DNA from: Schmidtea nova
Lineage: Eukaryota
Assembly (NCBI GenBank): GCA_044892505.1
Contig: CM097882.1
Location: 312,542,001 to 312,606,000 of the forward strand
Reading direction: 5' to 3'
DNA: 64,000 nt
Shown here: one piece after another, positions 7,901 to 16,700 of the stretch
Numbering within the stretch: the stretch's first letter is position 1
Layout of the letters: every line of letters starts with the position of its first letter
Notes under the pieces: model-generated
What the model was told of the DNA's origin: nothing
Database searches by the model: none
What the model saw: only the letters and a program-made list of their open reading frames with translations
Program-made: the position numbers and the translations under genes

Positions 7901-9537
7901 TGCAAATACTCATAAACGTTGCTGTAAACACTGCTAAAACAATTGGATTTGAATATCGTCCAGAAAAGTGCGCTTATATGCAATACCCTAAAATAGAAAC
8001 TGTAAGCGAGATTTCTGTCAACAACGTTCTTATAAAAAAGATTGCAACAAATGAATTTTACCAATACTTGGGAGTACCAATAGGTGACAATAATGATCAA
8101 AGTCCCTATGAAATTCTAAGCAAAGTAATTGAAGACACAAAGAAAATAGCAAATTCTGATCTTTACGGCTGGCAAAAACTTAAAGCGTATAAGGTCTTTC
8201 TGCATTCTCGCTTGATTTTTCCATTTAGAACTAGGGAAATCAAAACAAGTTCTTTAGCTGATTCGAGTAAAAATTCAAAATTAAATGTAAATAATACGAG
8301 TATTTTGAGGAGTCATCTTAGAAAAATATTGCACTTGCCACACTACTCTGAGATTAGCTATTTTTATAATTCTACTGAAAACGGCGGTGCAGGCTGCATA
8401 GACTTACTTGACGAGTATCATACACAGACAATCGTGTACTTTTTCCGTTTGTTAACATCAACGTGCGAATATTCGAAAAAGATAAATACAGACTCGCTTT
8501 TATTTGTCACAAGTCCGAGACTCGGAATCAAAAATCCAGTTCTTAAACAAAGTTTAGAATGGATAAATGGAAAAGACAGCAAGAAAAACAACAGTGGTTG
8601 CAAAACTCGATTTTATCGGTTGCGATCATCCATTGCTTACTTTTCTAAAGTTCACAACATTAAATTGTTATTTGAAACAGTGAAAGGGAATCCTTCTATC
8701 CGGATAACCACTACACTTAAGGGAACACGTATATTATTACCAACATTAAGAAAAGCCTTGTCAATGATTTTACATTCAGCTCTCCAGGATTCGTATCTCG
8801 AGAAATGGGAGAATAGCAATCATAATAATCTGCTTGTATCTGCGATTAAACTCTGTCCACTGGTCAACAGGCTTATTTTCCGCAGTGATTTGACAGAATT
8901 TGAATGGAGATTCGTCCATCGAGCAAGAACGAATACATTATCAATATTTGCGAAGCCATATAAAACTGGCGAAAATCGTCTTTGTCGTAGATGTAAGCTT
9001 GAAGACGAGACTTTATCACACGTTCTTCAAACTTGTAAAATGAACAAATCTTGGGCAACTAGTCGACATAACGCTTGCTTAGAAAAAATAAAAAGCGAGT
9101 TGAAAGATCCAAACTTGTTAGTTGTTGCGGATCATAAATGTTCCCTAGTACCGACATCAACTGAACGCGTTGATTTAATAATAACCAATAATGATAAAAA
9201 GACCATATTATTGGTAGACATGAAATGCCCAATCGATTCGGTGCCCAACTTTGATTTGGCTGATAAAAAAAACATAGAAAAGTATGATAAACTAAAATCA
9301 GAAATTAAAATAGCCAAACCCGATTATAAAGTTGAGTTGTTTACCTGCATCATAGGCTCATTAGGATCCATTGAAATTAAAACACCTGATCTTTTAGTAA
9401 AAATGGGAGTAAAAGAAAATAAAGTAAAACGTCTGATGAAAGAGTGTGCAATTAGCAATATTGCGCACTCGGCCAAAATTTGGTACTTTCATACCAATGG
9501 CTTTCTTCCAGATAATATAAGACAAACTTGTAAATAA
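4927..9537 (+). CDS. E1 ORF2 polyprotein: Ulp1-like protease(s), RT, CCHC, RLE. Frame is open from 4921; the track start is GTG; first ATG is 5086
   Basis: WFSDNDI/HW/IDP/QNNSFDCG; SPGLD, WRPIALL, LDIKDAFGSVPH, GVKQGCPIS, YADD, YLGV; CRRC-x8-H-x4-C, RHN, RVD..DMK..KY. Confidence 0.95.
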   Translation: MPASAQSSAIPSNETDAESTTKNNISTIDNRDPEVWFSDNDIDWYLENHIDNPMHGYIKCFIVNIICSNITEDIVEIPPSISNAEIVFCPLNINNSHWILFVYSKKMLSSYFIDPILANRQKPINKQMAQRINLKLNRFFNLNISVSRHPHKHLEYQNNSFDCGPFTCAYAVIISKDLNSFPNGFIEKIRTSVHENQNRMQITESTLFAGTNSKMDMTKINIKKALAKKKVITNTSDMTKVLNTQKPCVSSIISKYYESNSKITVLSAELTLNLIAQNTSFIADNVTFKQFKGIDHVISIIPKFNDWCLFVYSNKLDRSYMFDFNYRNIDERLIEIGEKITEYLNQFTLVSKIKFTPHHRISHPTFHSYDDQYFASSFIVFFEKLVFERILDNDKVYDSLSALKYQSCKDLSPSLSFINGKISDKIIEEYFASLNLSTKYILLNTTMCTALSDDCTEYLKDFVNIECMMKATIIFVIISPPRANDLLMVIDYDADEHYLLSPVTNDLFVMTEGFCYKLLIKINEIRESTGRSLKSRNCRHDVKGSGLFSRLLICAFIKYYAFDRSLENINLHEIGKIIYSLVPLVDKNDNAEEERRLKSKAVNSLKLNLKQRIEKANNLIISLEHASIDEIISGILSNIPRLKDLNTDHIRTPYLGTKIEKARKFKNSTEFLSNMKKTVYRILGNNTESIAPPFQEIIDTFSHPDTLPRNWENILKFTKSSKFSLELNPMTPKEILSSLCKADNTSPGLDNVCYKDLLLLDPECKLLAFLYNKILKLDIIPTSWKSFKTILIPKPDKNGQYHKIYSWRPIALLSVIYKVFASVLANRLSLWIRNNSMLHIGQKGGSEYEGCIEHNSILSAIVEHSKYSKSSPLTIAWLDIKDAFGSVPHDYMWTLLKHINVSDRFVGILKLLYTDTSSFYCCNKMQTPDIPIKKGVKQGCPISMILFAIAINPVLESINLSNVNTFTIGTSPVQVLAYADDIALIATNTSDLQILINVAVNTAKTIGFEYRPEKCAYMQYPKIETVSEISVNNVLIKKIATNEFYQYLGVPIGDNNDQSPYEILSKVIEDTKKIANSDLYGWQKLKAYKVFLHSRLIFPFRTREIKTSSLADSSKNSKLNVNNTSILRSHLRKILHLPHYSEISYFYNSTENGGAGCIDLLDEYHTQTIVYFFRLLTSTCEYSKKINTDSLLFVTSPRLGIKNPVLKQSLEWINGKDSKKNNSGCKTRFYRLRSSIAYFSKVHNIKLLFETVKGNPSIRITTTLKGTRILLPTLRKALSMILHSALQDSYLEKWENSNHNNLLVSAIKLCPLVNRLIFRSDLTEFEWRFVHRARTNTLSIFAKPYKTGENRLCRRCKLEDETLSHVLQTCKMNKSWATSRHNACLEKIKSELKDPNLLVVADHKCSLVPTSTERVDLIITNNDKKTILLVDMKCPIDSVPNFDLADKKNIEKYDKLKSEIKIAKPDYKVELFTCIIGSLGSIEIKTPDLLVKMGVKENKVKRLMKECAISNIAHSAKIWYFHTNGFLPDNIRQTCK
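5023..5451 (+). other. Ulp1/SENP (C48)-like cysteine protease domain in ORF2 (shown for E1; present in all copies)
   Basis: His97 (HW, 5215), Asp114 (5266), Gln157 and Cys163 (QxNxxDCG, 5413) in C48 order. Confidence 0.85.
7114..8091 (+). other. Non-LTR reverse transcriptase domain (shown for E1)
   Basis: RT motifs SPGLD to YLGV; YADD at 7858-7869. Confidence 0.96.
8983..9290 (+). other. CCHC zinc knuckle and restriction-like (PD-D/ExK) endonuclease (shown for E1)
   Basis: CRRC 8983, H 9019, C 9034; RHN 9064; RVD 9166; DMK 9217; KY 9280. Confidence 0.88.
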
Positions 9538-9542
9538 ATAAT

Positions 9543-9556
9543 TATATATATATATA
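9543..9556. repeat. (TA)7 tract at the start of the 3' UTR ((TA)8 in E6)
   Basis: Directly visible after the ORF2 stop in every complete copy. Confidence 0.85.
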
Positions 9557-9891
9557 AATATTTGCTTTTTAAACTCTGTAAATAAAATTTAAGGTAAATA
9601 TTTTGTAAAGTAATTTTTGTATTAAATATCCAATCTTTTTAATCTGATAAATTGTCTTTGAGAGTTATTAAATTGGGAGACCAAGTATTCTGCGACGTAT
9701 GTCACTTATTCTAGAATTATCAACTTCAAAAGAATACAGTCGCAAAGCTGGATGACGAAATCCAAAGAACCAGAAACTTCCATTCAGATTGAACAATTAT
9801 ATTTTGACTGTGATTGTTTAGGGACTAATCCATGTTGATTAGATAATCTGTAAAAAAATATGTCAAACTTGTTATATTTAATAAATGTTTA

Positions 9892-9946
9892 TTATCACGT
9901 CTGCCTAACACGCAGAAGGTCCCCGGTTCGATCCCGGGTCGAACCA
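9892..9946 (+). pseudogene. 5'-truncated tRNA-Val(AAC), nt 19-73
   Basis: Abuts E1 3' end. Confidence 0.93.
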
Positions 9947-10126
9947 AATTTTTCTCAATTCATTATTTGACTTTTATTATATTTGCAACTCTTTTTTTAA
10001 TTCATAACGCAATTTTGTTGTTGAATTCTCTACTTTGTACATAAATTTTATTCAAGTGAATTCAGTACATTTTGTCAAGGTAATTCGAAAATCAAACATG
10101 CACAACAATTGTTAGTTGAAACTGTC

Positions 10127-10199
10127 GGTTCGATGGTGTAGCGGTTATCACGTCTGCCTAACACGCAGAAGGTCCCCGGTTCGATCCCGGGTCGAACCA
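10127..10199 (+). tRNA. trnV(AAC): tRNA-Val(AAC)
   Basis: Identical to 566-638. Confidence 0.97.
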
Positions 10200-10379
10200 A
10201 ATTTTTCTCAATTCATTATTTGACTTTTATTATATTTGCAACTCTTTTTTTAATTCATAACGCAATTTTGTTGTTGAATTCTCTACTTTGTACATAAATT
10301 TTATTCAAGTGAATTCAGTACATTTTGTCAAGGTAATTCGAAAATCAAACATGCACAACAATTGTTAGTTGAAACTGTC

Positions 10380-10452
10380 GGTTCGATGGTGTAGCGGTTA
10401 TCACGTCTGCCTAACACGCAGAAGGTCCCCGGTTCGATCCCGGGTCGAACCA
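10380..10452 (+). tRNA. trnV(AAC): tRNA-Val(AAC)
   Basis: Identical to 566-638. Confidence 0.97.
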
Positions 10453-10632
10453 AATTTTTCTCAATTCATTATTTGACTTTTATTATATTTGCAACTCTTT
10501 TTTTAATTCATAACGCAATTTTGTTGTTGAATTCTCTACTTTGTACATAAATTTTATTCAAGTGAATTCAGTACATTTTGTCAAGGTAATTCGAAAATCA
10601 AACATGCACAACAATTGTTAGTTGAAACTGTC

Positions 10633-10705
10633 GGTTCGATGGTGTAGCGGTTATCACGTCTGCCTAACACGCAGAAGGTCCCCGGTTCGATCCCGGGTCG
10701 AACCA
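10633..10705 (+). tRNA. trnV(AAC): tRNA-Val(AAC)
   Basis: Identical to 566-638. Confidence 0.97.
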
Positions 10706-10885
10706 AATTTTTCTCAATTCATTATTTGACTTTTATTATATTTGCAACTCTTTTTTTAATTCATAACGCAATTTTGTTGTTGAATTCTCTACTTTGTACA
10801 TAAATTTTATTCAAGTGAATTCAGTACATTTTGTCAAGGTAATTCGAAAATCAAACATGCACAACAATTGTTAGTTGAAACTGTC

Positions 10886-10958
10886 GGTTCGATGGTGTAG
10901 CGGTTATCACGTCTGCCTAACACGCAGAAGGTCCCCGGTTCGATCCCGGGTCGAACCA
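10886..10958 (+). tRNA. trnV(AAC): tRNA-Val(AAC)
   Basis: Identical to 566-638. Confidence 0.97.
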
Positions 10959-11087
10959 AATTTTTCTCAATTCATTATTTGACTTTTATTATATTTGCAA
11001 CTCTTTTTTTAATTCATAACGCAATTTTGTTGTTGAATTCTCTACTTTGTACATAAATTTTATTCAAGTGAATTCTTTCAAGGTTCG

Positions 11088-13722
11088 ATGACTCAATCAC
11101 CTGCTGCTCAGTCAACTGCTGCTGATGTGATGACTCAGTCTATTGGAAATCAGTCAACTGTGACGAAGAAATATGAATTAGAAAACATTCTCAAGTATCA
11201 AATTTCCAGTTTGCAATGTTTTCAATCGATTTTGGATTATTTTTCGCAACTAAATGGTGGAAATCTCGCTACTGCCTCAGTTCTTTCTGATGCGAATGCA
11301 AGTCAACGGAGTTCTTTCGATCAAGGATCTAAAATTTCTCAAAACCAATCTGATAATATGCCACTTTCTTATGCTGATATTGAGACTAAATTCACTAAAT
11401 CAAAGGATTTACTGATTGTCAAGCGCCTGGATTCATTGGAGTCTCAATTTATGAATATGGCTGAAAAGTTAGATTATTTGGTTTCTTTTTTTTAATGGCT
11501 CTGTTGATGATTTATCAGATTTTCCTAAAGTAAATGAAAATAATTTAAATAATAATCCTTTCAATAAAAATAAAGTTTTTGATATCAAAGATAAATTAAT
11601 TGTAAATAATGTAGTTTTAGATAAATCAAATATTTCAGAATTTATTGAAAATAATATTGCTAAAATTCCTAATAGTTTAATTGATGTAAATAATAAAATG
11701 TGTAATTCAAATAATAAATTTCTAAATAACCCTAATAAAGAGAATGTTAAACATTTTAATAATCCCAAAGAAACATCTTCAATTGATTTGACTAACGATA
11801 AAATTATGCCAAATGAAAACATAGAAATAATTATTAAAAATAATAAAAAATCTGTTAAAATTATAGAACCTAATAAAACAACTAAACAGAAGTATGATAA
11901 ATTTGAATTTAAAAATCTGGTTCGTATTTTAACGAAAAGGGAACGCCAGAAAATCTTGAATGCCTTCCCTGCTTTAATACAACTAATTAAAAAGAAAGAA
12001 TCACAGAGTAAATATTTTGAAATTAATAAATTTCTTTCGAGCAAAGATTTTAATGTGAATCACTTGAATTTAAATAATTTTGATTATTTTTTCTATAGAA
12101 ATTGTAATCTTTGTGTATCTTTAAAATTGAACAACGCTCCTGTCATTTTATCAGCACCAAAACCTGTTGTTTTAAAAACTATTAAATTAATTGACCATAA
12201 TATCGTCAAAATAAATTCTGAAATCCCTGACTTTGTTCGAGCTCCAATGTCAATTCGAAGATTTTTATTCAATCTTTCGCACGATCTTTCAAACACTGTT
12301 TCCATCAAGGATGAGAAACACAGGGGAAATAAAATAAATAACATTCTTACTTCAATGAAACATAAACAACAATTACCAGATTATTTAATAAAATCAAACA
12401 TTAAATACGAAAATGGTGAGTTCTTATTATTAGATTTGACTAACGATAAAATCAAATTGAACGACGATAATAACTTGATAAAATCAAATTTTTCTGAACT
12501 TACTAGAAGTCAGATTAAAAATCTTTACTATTCTTATCCTTCTCTTAAGGAAGTTTGTTTCGTTGAAAATCTTGAAACAAGATCATCATCCGTTAGTAAA
12601 ATTATCGAATCTTTAAAGTTAATTAATGAATTTCCAAAAAATATCATTTTTAAAGAGGGTAAATTTTATCAGTCTGATAAAAGAACAATCTCACCTAGTA
12701 GTTCTCCTGACATAATGTTCAACCTTGGTCTTTTTAATTTGGCTAGTATGAGTAGAAAAGATTGTGAATTAAAATCCATTTTAGAGAAGACTGGTTGTGA
12801 CTTTAAAATAGTTGAAATAATATTCTACCTCAACTATTTAGGCTTGACTCAATCTTTAGAATTTTGCAAAAATCAAACTTATTCTGATTATGTGAGGAAT
12901 TACGTCTGTAATTGCTGCTTGATAAACTCACTCTGTAGTATTGCTGATGTTGATTCGCTTTCATCTGAAGATTTTGAGGGTTGGGCGACCGAAATTGTTC
13001 AGAAAATCCCAGTTTCTTCCTATTACTTCAATAGCTGCCAGGAAAAGCTTTTAAAGCTGAAGCAATGGGACATTTCAACTAAAATCAAAAGAATCCATAA
13101 CGTTATTTCACCTGAAATAATATCTTATTTAAATAACTTTCTTGACTCTGTAGACGTAAAATTTCCATCTAAGTCTCAACAACATAATATTCTAATTAAA
13201 TTAATGAAAGCTATCAATGACATTAAAATTTTTGATGACATACACGGAAATAAAGCAAAAAGACTTGTTTACTTTTTGCTAAGAGATGCCAAGAAATATT
13301 TGAATAAAAATCAACGATTCAGATTATTTGAATCGAGCAATAAATATTGCACTTCAGAGATGGAGAATATAATTTCAGTAATAATTGAGAACCTTACCAA
13401 AGTTACTGACCATGAAGTTACTACTCCTGAAATCACAGTTGAAGAAACGCCAATTGAAATAACTTGTGATCCTGAACCTATCGTCTTGATTAAGGAAATA
13501 AACTGTTTAAAATGTAACAATATCATCGAAAAATGCATTCTTGTTAGAGATGGAACAAACGTCAACATCTGTGAAAGCTGTCTATTTGACGCAATTACCT
13601 TTGAAAAGCCGATTCCTGAAGCTACTAATTCGGATATCGAAGAAAATATAGAAACAAATTGTAAGAAATCTTGTCCAAGACCTAGAAAAACAGACAAGAA
13701 AACATCAACCAAAGCAAAATGA
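11088..13722 (+). pseudogene. E2 ORF1, +1 frameshift at T8 (11486-11493)
   Basis: Fragments 11088-11495 and 11698-13722. Confidence 0.88.
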
Positions 13723-13728
13723 AGATGT

Positions 13729-16700
13729 GTGCCTGCATCAGCTCAATCGTCTGCCATTCCCTCTAATGAGACTGATGCAGAGAGCACAACTAAAAATAAT
13801 ATTTCAACTATCGACAATCGTGATCCTGAAGTGTGGTTTTCTGATAATGATATTGATTGGTATCTTGAAAACCACATTGATAATCCAATGCATGGATATA
13901 TTAAATGCTTTATAGTAAATATCATCTGTTCTAACATCACAGAAGATATTGTTGAAATTCCACCATCTATTAGCAATGCTGAAATTGTATTTTGTCCACT
14001 CAACATTAACAATTCGCACTGGATTCTTTTTGTTTATAGTAAGAAAATGTTATCTTCTTACTTTATTGACCCAATCCTTGCAAACAGACAAAAGCCAATC
14101 AATAAACAAATGGCTCAGAGAATTAACCTAAAACTGAATAGATTTTTTAATCTAAATATATCTGTGTCCCGACATCCACACAAACATCTTGAATATCAAA
14201 ATAACAGCTTTGATTGTGGCCCATTTACGTGTGCTTATGCTGTGATTATCAGTAAAGATTTGAACAGCTTTCCAAATGGGTTCATAGAGAAAATTCGTAC
14301 CAGTGTGCATGAAAATCAAAATCGTATGCAAATAACCGAATCCACCTTATTCGCTGGTACTAACTCCAAGATGGACATGACCAAAATAAATATCAAGAAA
14401 GCCCTTGCAAAAAAGAAAGTCATCACCAACACCTCAGATATGACCAAAGTATTGAACACTCAAAAACCGTGTGTGTCATCAATAATTAGTAAATATTACG
14501 AAAGTAATTCTAAAATAACAGTCTTATCTGCCGAACTAACTTTAAACCTAATTGCACAAAATACCTCCTTCATAGCTGATAATGTCACTTTCAAGCAGTT
14601 CAAAGGAATCGATCATGTTATAAGTATCATTCCTAAATTTAACGATTGGTGTCTCTTTGTCTATTCGAATAAACTTGACAGGAGCTACATGTTCGACTTC
14701 AATTATCGAAACATTGATGAAAGGCTAATTGAAATTGGTGAAAAGATAACTGAATATCTGAATCAATTCACTCTTGTTTCTAAAATAAAATTCACACCTC
14801 ATCATAGAATTTCTCATCCAACATTTCATTCTTACGATGATCAATATTTTGCAAGTTCTTTTATTGTATTTTTTGAGAAACTTGTCTTTGAAAGAATACT
14901 GGACAATGATAAGGTTTATGACTCATTAAGTGCTCTAAAATATCAGTCTTGTAAAGATCTTTCTCCTAGCTTAAGTTTCATTAATGGTAAAATATCCGAC
15001 AAAATTATTGAGGAATATTTTGCTAGCCTAAACTTATCGACCAAATATATTCTTCTAAACACAACAATGTGTACTGCGCTTTCAGATGATTGCACTGAAT
15101 ACTTGAAAGACTTTGTAAACATTGAGTGCATGATGAAGGCTACTATAATCTTTGTAATCATTTCTCCTCCAAGAGCCAACGACTTGCTCATGGTTATTGA
15201 TTACGACGCTGATGAGCACTATTTATTAAGCCCAGTCACTAATGACTTGTTCGTTATGACTGAAGGATTCTGCTATAAATTACTAATTAAAATTAATGAG
15301 ATTAGAGAGAGCACAGGTCGTTCCTTGAAATCGCGTAATTGTCGACATGACGTTAAAGGTTCTGGCTTATTTAGTAGGTTATTAATCTGTGCCTTTATTA
15401 AATATTATGCATTTGACCGATCTCTAGAAAATATCAATCTTCATGAAATTGGCAAAATTATCTACTCACTTGTGCCATTAGTTGATAAAAATGATAATGC
15501 TGAGGAAGAAAGACGACTAAAATCAAAAGCTGTAAACTCTTTAAAACTAAATTTAAAACAGCGAATAGAAAAAGCCAATAATCTTATAATTTCACTTGAA
15601 CACGCCAGTATTGATGAAATCATAAGTGGCATTCTTTCAAATATTCCTCGTCTTAAAGATTTGAACACCGATCACATTCGTACACCATATTTAGGTACTA
15701 AAGTAGAAAAAGCTAGAAAATTCAAAAATTCCACTGAATTTCTGTCAAACATGAAAAAGACTGTGTATAGGATTTTGGGTAACAACACAGAATCAATTGC
15801 ACCTCCTTTTCAGGAAATTATTGACACTTTCAGTCATCCTGATACATTACCTAGAAATTGGGAAAACATCTTTAAATTCACTAAGAGTTCTAAATTTAGT
15901 CTTGAATTAAATCCAATGACACCTAAAGAAATCCTTTCAAGTCTTTGCAAAGCTGACAACACTTCTCCAGGTCTTGATAATGTTTGTTATAAAGATCTTT
16001 TGCTATTAGACCCTGAATGTAAATTGCTAGCTTTTCTGTACAATAAAATCCTAAAATTAGACATTATTCCTACAAGTTGGAAATCATTTAAAACCATACT
16101 AATCCCTAAACCAGATAAAAATGGCCAATATCATAAAATATATTCTTGGCGACCAATTGCCTTATTATCTGTCATTTACAAAGTCTTCGCTTCAGTTTTG
16201 GCAAATCGTCTAAGCTTATGGATAAGAAATAATTCCATGTTACACATTGGCCAAAAGGGTGGTTCGGAGTACGAAGGATGTATTGAACACAACTCTATTC
16301 TTTCTGCTATCGTCGAACATTCAAAATACAGCAAGTCTTCACCTTTAACAATAGCTTGGCTAGACATCAAAGATGCCTTCGGAAGTGTTCCACATGACTA
16401 CATGTGGACACTGTTAAAACACATAAATGTTAGTGATAGGTTTGTAGGAATTTTAAAACTGCTCTATACTGATACAAGCTCGTTTTATTGTTGCAATAAA
16501 ATGCAGACACCGGATATTCCAATAAAGAAAGGAGTTAAACAAGGTTGTCCGATCTCAATGATATTGTTTGCAATAGCTATTAACCCAGTACTTGAGTCTA
16601 TTAATCTATCAAACGTTAATCCTTTTACGATTGGAACATCTCCGGTACAGGTGTTGGCTTATGCGGATGATATCGCACTTATCGCGACAAATACCTCTGA

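Larger units (their letters stand above)
2274..9891 (+). mobile_element. E1: full-length RLE non-LTR retrotransposon (NeSL/R5-like architecture), 7618 bp, ORF1 frameshifted
   Basis: ORF1 + ORF2 (Ulp1-RT-CCHC-RLE), 354-nt 3' UTR, no LTRs, junctions defined against the 253-bp unit. Confidence 0.93.
9892..11075 (+). repeat. tRNA-Val array B (1 remnant + 4 intact)
   Basis: Period 253. Confidence 0.97.

Noticed and set aside
2667-9317. Numerous minus-strand and short plus-strand ORFs (60-191 aa) repeated in each element
   Set aside because: They overlap the long ORFs, show no recognisable motifs, and change length with element SNPs; they look like antisense or alternative-frame shadows of AT-rich coding sequence.
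9685-9744. Pseudoknot GTATTC/GAATAC plus TGCGAC/GTCGCA
   Set aside because: Loop geometry is implausible, and the TGCGAC arm is TGCAAC in E0, E2, E3, E5 and E7.
9745-9770. Hammerhead ribozyme (CTGGATGACGAAA)
   Set aside because: It lacks the CUGANGA core and stem II; it folds as a simple 5-bp hairpin.
9879-9894. Element 3' end ATAAATGTTTATT resembling spacer ATAAATTTTATT, and a near-palindrome across the junction
   Set aside because: Pure A/T sequence in an AT-rich context; easily chance.
331-11075. LTRs or terminal repeats flanking the elements
   Set aside because: The flanking repeats are the host tRNA array with variable unit number; no integrase, RNase H or PBS is seen, and the RT plus CCHC/RLE are non-LTR type.
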